Origin: Longimicrobiales bacterium
Lineage (GTDB): Bacteria; Gemmatimonadota; Gemmatimonadetes; Longimicrobiales; Gaopeijiaceae
DNA length: 64,000 nucleotides
Direction of reading: 5' to 3'
NCBI GenBank assembly: GCA_965219445.1
Contig: CBDCNQ010000005.1
Location: forward strand, 192,001 to 256,000
A program made the translations under genes and the position numbers. This document shows positions 50,733 through 60,465 of this stretch, piece after piece. The notes under the pieces were generated by a model. The model worked only from the letters and a program-made list of their open reading frames with translations. It searched no databases and was not told the DNA's origin. How positions within the stretch are numbered: the first letter of the stretch is position 1; every line of letters starts with the position of its first letter.

Positions 50733-52003
50733 TGCCGGGGACCGGCCCTGGGGACCAGGACGTCGGACGTGAACCAGATGCGCAGGCGATGGCCCGCGCG
50801 GATCGTGATCGTGGGTAGCCGGTTCAGGAACCGGTCGAGGATGGAGTTGGCGCTCTGGCCGAGGCCTTGGCCGACGCCCGCCCTCAGGCCGAACGGCGAA
50901 CCGCCGGCCAGGGCGAGTCCGCTTACGACACCGACGGCTCCGGCGGCAGCGAACGTGCTGAAGTAGTGGCGGTCGACCTGGTCCCGAAGCGCGCCCTCGC
51001 CCGCCTGGTTGAGGCCGGTGAACTCGAGGTCGATCCAGCTGCCGTCGGGGAGCAGCAGCCGGTGGAACGCGACCGCGAGCCGACTCTGGTCCGGGTCCTG
51101 AACGGCCCGGGCCGTGCCGACGACGCGTGCGCCGCGCGGGATCAGGACCCGCTGGCGGTCGGCCGAATAGAACGGGACCGAGACCATGGCGAGCACCGGT
51201 CCCGGGAAATCGCCCGTGAGCTGCGTGAGCAGCACCGCCTCGAGGAACGAGCCCTCGTAGATCCGCTCCCAGCCCGGCGGGTCGGCGGGCCGGACGCTCC
51301 GGCCGGGCTGAACCGGTCCCGGTGCCGGACGGGAGGCTTGCTGCCCGGACGCGGGCGCCGCAGCAGCAGCGATGCCCGGGGACCCGAGGAGAAGCTGCTC
51401 CGCAGCCAGCTCGCCCTCGAGCGCCCCGAGCGACTGCTCGAAGGAGGCGAGAGCCGCTTGGACCGTGTTCTCGAGGAGCGCCACATCCGCGTCGGCCGCA
51501 TCGCCGGTGCCGGCTTCGGACGACTCCGCGGTCGCGTTCGGATCCCTGTACGACTGAGCCACGGGAAGGGCACGGAGCGAGCGGGTTCTTCGCTCCAGCT
51601 CCTCCAGGCGAAGCGCCTCCCTAAGCTCCGACTCGGCCGCGCTCACGCCTGGGATCAAGGCTGCGGTGTTCGGCGTCTCCGACTCGGTCTGGAGCCGAGC
51701 CATTTCTTCGGCGGCCGCGGCCTGCCGGCGCTCGAGCTCGGCGCGCGCCCGGGCGGCGGCCTCCAGAGTCTGCCGCTCGGCCTCTTGCCGAATGCGCGCC
51801 TGGAGCGACCGTCCCATCCCGTCGTCGACCGCCTGCGCCTCGGGCAGGGCTACGAGAGTGTCGGCTTCCTGGGGACCCGTCATCGCCCACGAGAAGAGGA
51901 GTCCACCGACGAGCACGGCGATCAACACCACGCCCGCCTTCGTCACGATGCCGCCCGGCAGCGCGCCTTCGGGCGGCGAGACCCACTGCTTCCAGCGGCT
52001 CAT
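50729..52003 (-). CDS. virB10: VirB10/TrbI-family protein
   Basis: YEGSFLEAVL, LIPRGARVVG, RLAVAFHRL, DQVDRHY, LNRLPTITIRAG. Confidence 0.88.
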   Translation of the reverse strand: MSRWKQWVSPPEGALPGGIVTKAGVVLIAVLVGGLLFSWAMTGPQEADTLVALPEAQAVDDGMGRSLQARIRQEAERQTLEAAARARAELERRQAAAAEEMARLQTESETPNTAALIPGVSAAESELREALRLEELERRTRSLRALPVAQSYRDPNATAESSEAGTGDAADADVALLENTVQAALASFEQSLGALEGELAAEQLLLGSPGIAAAAAPASGQQASRPAPGPVQPGRSVRPADPPGWERIYEGSFLEAVLLTQLTGDFPGPVLAMVSVPFYSADRQRVLIPRGARVVGTARAVQDPDQSRLAVAFHRLLLPDGSWIDLEFTGLNQAGEGALRDQVDRHYFSTFAAAGAVGVVSGLALAGGSPFGLRAGVGQGLGQSANSILDRFLNRLPTITIRAGHRLRIWFTSDVLVPRAGPRQ

Positions 52004-52866
52004 CGGAGCCCGTCCCTGGGCGTGAACCGCCAGCTGGCCCGCTTGTCGCCGATCTGGAGCCACCCGTCGGCCAGCACGTGGCGGGCGATGTAGAGGCCGT
52101 CCTCACTGAGGTCGTAAGCGACGAGCGCCGGCTCCCCGTCCCGGAGCTCATAGAGCGCGGGCGACTCCTGCGCGCGGGACCGGAGATAGGTGAACTGCCC
52201 GTCGTGCCACATCGCTTCGACCAGGAACGGGCGATCGGAGGCGTCCCCGTCGAGCCGGTACTCGAACGCGAGACGCTCCGGATAGCCGGCACGGAACTCC
52301 TCGATCGCCGACTCAGCCTGCGACCGGGCCTCCAGGATGCCGGCCTCGGCCGCCTCCCGGGCACTCCTCGCCGCCTCGGCCGCCTCGGCGGCCATCTGTT
52401 GGTAGGCCGCGACCTCGCTCCGCGCGACGAACGCGGGACGGCCGCTGCCGCCGCCGGACAGTCCCGTCTTCTCCGCGCCGGACTCGACACGAACGACCAG
52501 ATGGGGCGGCCCGTCGCTGTGCTCGGCCACCAGGAACGAGTAGATGCGCCCCGATTCGCAGACGAGCGCGATATTCGTCGCCGCGTCCGGCCGCAGGGGC
52601 TTCAGGAACGCGACGTTCGCGGCGCCGGTCAGGTGCCAGTACTCCGAGTCGCCGACCACGAAGTCCAGGATGTTCTCATCGGCGGGGAGCACGATCACCG
52701 TCGTGTGACGGACTTGGGTGCGGAGCCGGTGGATCCGGTTCTCGCCCTCCTCCGGGATCGGCACCCGCAGGAACGCTTGGTCGTCCTCCTGCTGGGCGGT
52801 AGCCGCGACAGGGAAGGCAGCCAAGAGAAGCGTCAGGAGAGCCATCGGTTGCAATAGGGATCGCAT
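52000..52866 (-). CDS. virB9: VirB9/TrbG-family protein
   Basis: Signal peptide; TTVIVLP..E.I....GDS..W; TNIAL..ESGRIYSF; WHDGQFTY; PALY. Confidence 0.85.
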   Translation of the reverse strand: MRSLLQPMALLTLLLAAFPVAATAQQEDDQAFLRVPIPEEGENRIHRLRTQVRHTTVIVLPADENILDFVVGDSEYWHLTGAANVAFLKPLRPDAATNIALVCESGRIYSFLVAEHSDGPPHLVVRVESGAEKTGLSGGGSGRPAFVARSEVAAYQQMAAEAAEAARSAREAAEAGILEARSQAESAIEEFRAGYPERLAFEYRLDGDASDRPFLVEAMWHDGQFTYLRSRAQESPALYELRDGEPALVAYDLSEDGLYIARHVLADGWLQIGDKRASWRFTPRDGLR

Positions 52867-52872
52867 GGCGTA

Positions 52873-54710
52873 TCAGCTCCTTGCGTTGGGGGTGGGGGTG
52901 GGATCGTCTCGGCTCGCGAGAACCTCGAGGGCCCGGGCGAGCCCGTGACGCTCGACGGCCCGGGCCCTCTCCTCGGCGTCGAGCGCGGACGAGGTGTAGA
53001 GCCAGTAGCTCTGGGGATCGACCTCGAGCCGGAGCACGGCGGCCCCGTCAGGGCGGCGCAGATAGAGTTCGCGCTTCGGGATCAGGCCCCGGACCTGGGC
53101 CAGCTCCGAGTCGCTCAGCCGGAAGAGCGCCCCGACCGCGTCGGGGAGTTCGGGGTTCGCGAGGAAGAGCTTGGTCGGGATCGACTCGAGGAGCGCCGCA
53201 GCACCGGGCGTAGCCGTCACGTCGACCGCGGACTGCGTGGCGAGGACCAGCGCGGCGTTCTTCTTCCTCCACGTCTTCGCCGCCTCGGCCAGGTAGTTCA
53301 GTACGGCGGGGTCTTGCAGGTAGCGCCAAGCCTCGTCCACGACCATCAGCTTCAGCCGCGCCGCCTCGGACGGATCCTCAACCTCCAGGCGCATCCGCTC
53401 GAGCAGGTAGGAGAGCGCCGCGTCGCAGAGATCCGGATGCTCGACCGCACCCGCCAGATCGATCACCTGCCAGTCGGCGAACTCGAGGTCCGGCGCTCCG
53501 ACGGCCGGGTTATCGAAGTACGCGCCCCACGCGCCGCCTTGGGTCCAACGGCTCCAGGCCGGCCACGTCGCGGACGGAAGCGACCCAGCCAGGACGCTCA
53601 GCGTCCGCCGCTCCGGCTCGAACGCATACAGATCCTCAATGCGCGCCCGGATCTCGCTCGTATCCGCTCCGCTCGCTTCCCAACCGCCGAGCTTCAGCAG
53701 CCGTAGCACCCAGCCCGTCAGGAACTGGAACGTCCGCGTGCCCGCCGGGAGCGCGAACGGCTGAAGCCGGAGCGTCGGCTCCGCCTCGCCTGGCGAGAGC
53801 TCCAGGTAACGGCCCCCGAGAAACCGGGTCAGCCAACGGTAGGAGCCGCCCAAGTCCAGAATCAGGACGCGCGGGTCGTACCTGAGAGCTTCGACCAGGA
53901 GGAAGTTCAGTGTGAAGCTCTTGCCCGAGCCCGTCGCGCCGAGCATCAACGTGTGGCCCACATCACCGGCGAACAGGTCGTAGTGGTACGCCGTCCTCCA
54001 CGGGGTCTCCAAGACCGCGAGCGACTCGCGACCGAGGTGACGGCTCCGGGGCGTCCCCCCGTGGCGGCCCGAACAGCGGCGCCAGGCACGCCGCCACTCC
54101 GGCCGACACGAACACCCTTCGCACCTGCCGCCCGCGGGGCTGGGCCGGCAGCCGCGAGAACCAGGCCGGCAGCTGGCCGTAGCCCTCCCGGATCACCTTC
54201 GCGTCGTGCGCGGCGAACAGCCGACGCAGGTCGCCGTCCAGCCGCTCGATGCTTCCCAGCTCGCCGTGGAGCGCCACGGTCAGCGTCGCCTCGCCGTAGC
54301 TCACCCCGTCCGCTTCCAGCTCGACCAGCGCCTCGCCCAGACGGTCCGACTCCGTGGCCGCGGCCGAGTCGACCATCGCGGCGGCCGTGCCCTCCGTCTC
54401 CTGCACATGCGCCATCATCGAGTAGCGCCTGGCGAAGTAGTGCCGCTGCGCACCACGGATCCGGCGCCTCGCCGCTTCCATCGCCCACGGCCGCCACTCG
54501 AGCGAGACCGTCATCACCGCGTCCAGGCAGTAGAGCTCCCGGAGCAGGTTCGCGTAGGCTTGGCCGGGCGGGGACAGGAGCGAGTACAGGATCACGGGCT
54601 CGCCGTCGAGCCGCAGGTGTCCTCGCTCCGCCTCGAGTTCCGAGAGGGCGAGTCGCCAGTTCATACCGCTCCCCGTCGCGCCGTCCCACACCGTGCCCGG
54701 ACGGTTGATC
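52873..54710 (-). pseudogene. virB4: VirB4/TrbE ATPase, 5'-truncated, with a frameshift in a G-run near 54055
   Basis: GHTLMLGATGSGKSF, ILDLGGSY, VVDEAW, LATQS; upstream frame 53963-54691 continues VirB4; cut by an AT-rich segment at ~54711. Confidence 0.85.
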
Positions 54711-54850
54711 TACTGTCTATCCTGTCCCTATGTCATCATAAGTATATGACCTGTAGTTATTTATGTATGCAGTAGTTTCTGGTCCGACTCGTTTCTATCG
54801 TATGTGATCCCGTATAATTGGCGGGCGATTACACGGGAGCTTACGGTACG
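54711..54850 (+). other. AT-rich att-proximal end of a P4-like integrative element (integrase gene absent)
   Basis: Composition and the TCCCGTATAAT...ATTACACGGGA hairpin resemble the region upstream of the integrase at 58431-58590. Confidence 0.45.
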
Positions 54851-55185
54851 TTCGCGGAACCCGTGACGGGTGCTCCCTTGGGCGTCGCGGGCGTCGCGCG
54901 GGGCTGAGGAAGACCCGGCAGATGACGACGTGGCGATCCCGAAGGTTGGAATCTCGTCGCGACGGCGAGGGCGTTCGGGAACGTACTGGCGAGGCGCCTC
55001 TAGTCACCCCGCCGAACGCTTACTGAACGGACGTGTCAGCCCCGGATCGCCACGCGCCCGAGCGCTAACGCCATCTGACCGCCGACTCCTCCTCCCCTGG
55101 GATGAGGAGAACCCGAGCAGAGGCGTGACGAACCACTTGTCGGCCCACGCTCCCTAGCACTACCCCGGGGAGCAACCCCCGTCCG

Positions 55186-56520
55186 TGGGTGCCCATCCCT
55201 CTCTGCCAACTTACGTGAGACACGGAGCAGCTAAGGAATTAGAGTAGGGCGAAGGCAGAGAAACCGAGGATGCTGAGACACCGAGAGAGAATGAAAGAGA
55301 ATGGAATAGCCCCACCAACCTGGGACGGTAAGCGAAGCGCGGCAGCTCCTGCGGACTCGGAGGTGGTAGATAGGCCGCTGCGCCGGCGGTTCGCTCCGTC
55401 GTACAAGCTGCGGATCGTCGAAGAAGCGGACCGGTGCACGGAGCCCGGAGAGGTTGGCCGACTCCTACGGCGGGAGGGCTTGTACTCGTCGCACCTGACG
55501 ACATGGCGCAAGGCGGCGCATAGCGGGTCCCTGAAAGCGCTGTCGAAGAAACGAGGCCGTAAGCGCGAGCGCAATCCGCTGGAGGAGAAGGTGCGCAAGC
55601 TGGAGCGCGAGAACACTCGCCTCGAGAAGGAGCTCCAGAAGGCGCACTTGATCATCGACGTCCAGGGAAAAGTTGCAGGGCTGCTGGGATTGAGCCTCGA
55701 GGACGGGACGAACTCATGAAGGCGACCCAGGAGCTAGCCAAGCACGTAGGGGTGAAGCCCGCGTGCGATGCGCTCAGGGTGCCGCGAGCCACGTTCTACC
55801 GTCGTCGGAGTGCATCGACCGGGCATCAGCAGCCCCGCCCGACCCCCGCCCGGGCCTTAAGTGAGAGGGAGCGGGACAAGATTTTCGACACCCTGTGTTC
55901 GGAGCGGTTCGTGGACCGGTCCCCAGCCGAGGTGGTGGCGACGCTGCTCGACGAGGACGTCTACCTGTGCAGCGAGCGTACGATGTATCGCGTTCTGGCT
56001 TCCCAGGTGCCGGTTCAGGAGCGTCGAGCGCAGCGGAGTCATCCCAAATACCAGAAGCCCGAGTTGATGGCGAGGGGCCCGAACCAGGTCTGGTCCTGGG
56101 ATATCACCCGGCTGCTGGGGCCGAAGAAGTGGAGTTACTTCTACCTCTACGTGATCCTGGACATCTTCAGCCGCTACGTCGTGGGATGGATGGTGGCGGA
56201 TCGGGAGAACTCTGCCCTGGCCAGCCGGCTGATCCAGCAGAGTTGCTTGAAGCATGGCGTCCAGCCCCACCTCCTGACCCTGCATTCCGATCGAGGGGCT
56301 CCGATGACGAGCCAATGCACGGCTCAACTACTCGCCGATCTCGGCGTGACCCGCTCGTTGGGCCGACCCCAGGTCTCGGATGACAATCCGTTCTCCGAGG
56401 CTCAGTTCAAGACCTTGAAGTACCATCCCTCGTTTCCCGGCCGGTTCGGGGATCAGGGGCAAGCCAAGACCTTCTGTCGCTCGTTCTTCCGTTGGTATAA
56501 TGCCGAGCACCGCCATGGCG
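55186..56520 (+). mobile_element. IS3-family element (orfA 55270-55719; orfB from 55716, truncated at ~56520)
   Basis: orfA RRRF...YKLRIVEEAD...LLRREGLYSS; orfB PNQVWSWDIT, HSDRG, DNPFSEAQFKTLKY, YNAEHRH then foreign sequence; left end resembles 63755-63791. Confidence 0.85.
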
Positions 56521-56554
56521 TTCGAGTCGGCTTCCGGGGGGCGGATCTTGACCC

Positions 56555-56830
56555 CCGGACGGCGAGCGTCGGTGCTGATCGGCGAGTGCACATGAGACAA
56601 CGGGGTGCATGTGCACCGAAACGCCTTTTCGATGTGCGCGCCAGCGCTCCCTTATGTGGCTGCCTGTCTTACAGTTGCGGCACGGCCGCCGGAGCGGCGA
56701 CGCCGCTCCGGAGCTTTCGGCCGAAGAAGGGAGCGACCCCCCGGATTCGATGCCTCGATCGGCATCGCGGAGGGTTGGCATGTGCACACCCATGCCACCC
56801 TCCCACGGGGGTCGCTCCCCTCCAGCAATC
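56555..56830 (+). repeat. Structured element, copy C
   Basis: Near-identical to copy A; closing stem at 56729-56819. Confidence 0.8.
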
Positions 56831-56974
56831 CCTAGCGGGAAGGCCATCAAGCGCCGCTGCGAGCGCGGCGTATCAACGAATCCGGCCGCCGGTCGCGGCT
56901 TTTCACCAGCTAGGTGGCTCGGCAAGTCGTCCCAGTGAGGTCGGCGTCGGCGCTCGACCAAGCCCGAAACTGCC

Positions 56975-57136
56975 CCGAGGTGGTTGAGGTTGCCGCCGAT
57001 GCGCGCGACCTGCCGGCCGCGTGCGCGCCATGGCCTGCCGGAGCGCGGGCGTCCAGGGGATCGAAGGGGGCGGAGCCACCCTCGCCAGCCCCTGCCGGGG
57101 ACCCGCGAAGCGTGGCCCCAAAGGGTAGGCTGGCTC
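56975..57136 (-). pseudogene. mobC: oriT-like copy 2 (57083-57136) plus mobC C-terminal remnant
   Basis: 54-bp identity with 29794-29847; RQVARIGGNLNHL is the MobC C-terminal motif. Confidence 0.65.
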
Positions 57137-57225
57137 ATGACTGCTAACGGGTCGTGAGCCAGCCTTCGCGCCCCCGCTCTTCAGCGCCTGACGGACTCGT
57201 CCGCCCACACTGCGAGCGCGGCGGA

Positions 57226-58431
57226 TCAGCGAGCCGGTTCGGCCTCCGGGTCGCGACTCTTGTCGGCCAGGTACGCCGCCCAATCGTCCATCAGGACGCG
57301 CCTGCGCTCGAACAGATCCGAACGCGCGTAGGCAGCTTCCACCTTGTTACGAACCGCATGCGCCAACGCGGCCTCGGCGACTTCACGCGGTGCGTTGGAA
57401 CACTCGCCGCACCAGTCCCTGAAGCTCGACCGGAAGCCGTGCGGCACGGCCGCGATACCCAGGTCTCGAAGCAGCGTGGAGAGTCTGCTGTGGGCAGATG
57501 CGCGGCCCTCCGGCGACGGGAAAACGAGACCGCTGCCGCCGCCGAGCGTCCGCGCCTCGCTCAGTATCTCCACAGCGCGCCCGGACAGCGGCACCCTGTG
57601 GGGGCGATGGGCCTTCGTGCGTTCGGCGGGAACCGTCCACTCTCGAGCCTCCAGGTCGATTTCATCCCAGTGCGCCAAGCGAACCTCTCCCGAGCGGGCC
57701 GCCGTCAACACCAGGAACTCGAAGGCGAGTTTCGTGGCCGGGTAAGCGTGCGACTTCCGCACCGTCTCCATCGCGCCCGCGACCTTCGAGTGATGCAACG
57801 CGCGCATGTGCCGGACTACGGCTTGCTGTCGGCCAAGCGCTTGACCGAGCACATCGCTGGCGGGGTTGTCCGGCCGAAGCCCCATCGCCACCGCCCACTT
57901 CATCACCGCCCCGATGCGCTGGCGCACCCGCCGGGCAGTCACCTGCTTGGCGTGCCAGATCGGTGTCAGCACCGCCAGGATGTCGGCTGTCGTTATCTCG
58001 CCAACGGGTCGATTGCCCAGCTGTGGGAACGCGTAGACGCGCAAGCTGGAGACCCAGTCCTTCTCATGCCTGGCGCTGCGCCAGCCCGGCCGCAGCTGTT
58101 CCAGAACACGGTCGGCCGCCTCGGCGAACGTGGGCATGTCCCGGACCTTGTGCCGCTCGGTCCGCGGATCGCCGCCCGAGCGCGCGATCTTGCGGTTCGT
58201 GAATGCCTTCTCGCGCGCCTCGGCCAGCGATACCAGCTGGTAGCCCCCGAGCCCCAGCGTGCGGTTTCGGCCCTGGATCCGCAGACGCTGCTCCCATCGG
58301 CGCGCGCCCGATCGGTCCACGCGCAGATAGAGGCCGTTCCCATCGCAGTAGTATCCGGGCTTGGCGCTACGCACGAAGGCCGTGCTGAGTGCGTTATGCG
58401 GTCGCCTGCCTCGGTGTTTGGGCAAATCCAA
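57226..58431 (-). CDS. P4-like tyrosine integrase
   Basis: DGNGLYL, LTAARSGEVR, HRVPLS, HGFRSSFRDW, LAH, AY; paralog of 26461-27675. Confidence 0.93.
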   Translation of the reverse strand: MDLPKHRGRRPHNALSTAFVRSAKPGYYCDGNGLYLRVDRSGARRWEQRLRIQGRNRTLGLGGYQLVSLAEAREKAFTNRKIARSGGDPRTERHKVRDMPTFAEAADRVLEQLRPGWRSARHEKDWVSSLRVYAFPQLGNRPVGEITTADILAVLTPIWHAKQVTARRVRQRIGAVMKWAVAMGLRPDNPASDVLGQALGRQQAVVRHMRALHHSKVAGAMETVRKSHAYPATKLAFEFLVLTAARSGEVRLAHWDEIDLEAREWTVPAERTKAHRPHRVPLSGRAVEILSEARTLGGGSGLVFPSPEGRASAHSRLSTLLRDLGIAAVPHGFRSSFRDWCGECSNAPREVAEAALAHAVRNKVEAAYARSDLFERRRVLMDDWAAYLADKSRDPEAEPAR

Positions 58432-58590
58432 TACGTGAGTCCCCGTATAAAGTATCGTATGTTATATACGGGAACATAGTGGACACACAGCGACAGTGCA
58501 ACCGGGAGCGTCCTACATAACTCACTGTGATAGCTATAGTTATAGAATCTTATCAGACACATATGGATTGCATTGGAATCTATATGTAGC

Positions 58591-58909
58591 AGACGGTGGA
58601 TCAGGTCCGTTATGGGCGAATAGCGGTAGCGAGCTGTTTTTTGTGGACGCCGACCGGAGATTGATCGTAGCTGAAGTTGAGACGGATTCGGAGATCCGGA
58701 TTGTTCAGAGGGAGACGCTCTTCACTATTGGGCCGGAATACCGGCTCGGTGGGCTCAGTGGGGGCAGTGACTTTTACGACATCGCGCCCGACGATCAGCG
58801 GTTCCTCATGGGACGATTTGCGGGCACGGCAGCTTTGAGTGGCGATGGCCGGAGGTTCATACTCGTCCAGAACTTTTTCGAGGAACTGGAGCGCCTGGTG
58901 CCCAATTGA
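58591..58909 (+). pseudogene. C-terminal remnant of a TolB-like propeller, of the type found on Ser/Thr kinase-propeller fusions
   Basis: GG.GPLW..SGSELFF, YDIAPDDQRFLM, VQNFFEELERLVP; 5' part replaced by the island end. Confidence 0.7.
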
Positions 58910-58951
58910 CGGGGGCACCGGACTCGCGCGTATTGCGTGGAGGGTTGGTTA

Positions 58952-59767
58952 ATGCCCCAAGTGCTGGTCGTGGGACGCCTCCTGGCTTTGGCCATGCTGG
59001 GGTATTTTGTGCTGATCTTCGCCCTTCAGCGCCGGATAGCGTTCCCCGGAACCCTCCGCGGTTCTCCCCGCCCAACGGCGTTCGCCCCGCCGGGCGTCAC
59101 CCAGGTGTGGCTCGAAGCCTCATTCGGACGGGTCGAGGCCTGGTTTTTCAGGGCCCAGGGAGATGTTCACAGGCCGACCATCATCTTCGCACACGGCAAC
59201 GGTGAGTTGATCGAGGATTGGCACAGCGATATGGAGCGCCTCACGGCAGCGGGGCCGAACGCACTCCTCGTGGAATTCCCAGGATACGGTCACTCTGGAG
59301 GCAAGCCGTCCCGCTCGAGCCTGCGCGAGACCTTCACGCTTGCGTTCGATTGGCTCGTTGCACGAGACGACGTAGACGCCGACCGCATCGTCGCACATGG
59401 AAGGTCGTTGGGCGGGGGTGTAGCGGGAGATCTCGCTTTGACTCGGCCTATCAGCGCCTTGGTTCTCCAGTCCACGTTCAGCTCCGCAAACGCGTTCGCG
59501 AGGCAGAACTTGGTCCCCGGCTTCCTGGTGCGTGATCGTTTCGACAACCGGCGCGCTGTTTCCGATTTCTCAGGCCCCGTCCTCCTGATGCATGGCATCC
59601 GCGACGACGTGATTCCCTATGCGCACGCGGAGGCGCTCGCGGCTGCACGTGAGGGACTCGATATCACCGACATGGATTGTGCACACAACGACTGCGCGCC
59701 CCTATGGCCTGAGGTCGTGGCGTCACTGACGGCATTCCTCCGGAGTAACGCGCTGCTGGACGGATAG
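58952..59767 (+). CDS. Alpha/beta hydrolase (ABHD13/BEM46-like)
   Basis: HGNGE, GYG.S.G.P, GRSLG, HG..D.VIP, HND. Confidence 0.9.
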   Translation: MPQVLVVGRLLALAMLGYFVLIFALQRRIAFPGTLRGSPRPTAFAPPGVTQVWLEASFGRVEAWFFRAQGDVHRPTIIFAHGNGELIEDWHSDMERLTAAGPNALLVEFPGYGHSGGKPSRSSLRETFTLAFDWLVARDDVDADRIVAHGRSLGGGVAGDLALTRPISALVLQSTFSSANAFARQNLVPGFLVRDRFDNRRAVSDFSGPVLLMHGIRDDVIPYAHAEALAAAREGLDITDMDCAHNDCAPLWPEVVASLTAFLRSNALLDG

Positions 59768-59777
59768 ATACTCAGCC

Positions 59778-59960
59778 TTACGGCTCGCGAATGACCCCAT
59801 AGCTCTGTACCTGCAATCCGGAGTCGGTTTGGCGCCCGACCACCCACACCTTGGCGCCCACCTGGCCCCGAAGCACGTCGGGGACTGCGTTTAAGCGGAC
59901 CGTCTCCTCCCCGGCAATCGTGAACGCGCCGTCACGCTCCTGGAGTAGTTGGACTCGCAC
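59778..59960 (-). pseudogene. C-terminal fragment of a hypothetical protein
   Basis: Protein-like tail (GAKVWVVG...VQSYGVIREP) with no credible start. Confidence 0.4.
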
Positions 59961-60465
59961 TCGAACAGCAGTTCTGTCTCTGCATCTTTGAAGAGCCCCC
60001 TCCTTGTGTGGGCCGATGCGTCGTTGGGATCGCGCTGGCGGTTGGGGCCAGGGTCTGGGCGATAATCGACGCCTCGTTGACAGTGAAGAGAAACAACGCT
60101 GCGGGCCAAGGCACGATTTCGGGGCTGCGAATGTTGCCGATGCTGGGCCAGAACGGAGCGGGGCTGGGCGTACACATCCCGACTCGTTGGTGATGTTCAG
60201 ACTTCGGAGGCGGGCCGCCCAAGCTTCTGCATAACACTTATCAGGCCCCCGGAGTCAAGAGCGCGCAAGTTCCCTCCTCCGCGCTGCGGAGCGGCGCCGT
60301 AAGCGGAGTGAGCATCGGTCGCTGAGTCCTCTGACTTGGTTTCCGTTAGCAGGTGCGAGCGCAGTGAGCTCTGCACCAAACACTTATCGAGGTTTAACCG
60401 CCGGATCTCCCTCGAGGCGAGCTCGAAGGCGGCGGAGCAGGAGCCTGCTGGCCGCTCCTACGACC

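Larger units (their letters stand above)
39701..54710 (-). mobile_element. ICE-like element inserted in hsdM; distal end lost
   Basis: Co-oriented integrase, xis-like gene, ArdC, VirB11, VirD4-like, VirB8/6/5/10/9/4; arm-type repeats ATTCCCGC at ~39760 and ~39773. Confidence 0.85.

Noticed and set aside
54040..54070. Programmed frameshift in virB4
   Set aside because: A single extra base in a G6 run of an already 5'-truncated gene; decay or homopolymer sequencing error is more likely
55716..56987. IS3 transposase with a novel C-terminal domain
   Set aside because: The extension is read-through into structured element C after a deletion at ~56520
60229..60400. Confident attC call or repeat array from the AACACTTATC duplication
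   Set aside because: Arms pair poorly and there are only two copies; kept only as a weak note in the CALIN finding
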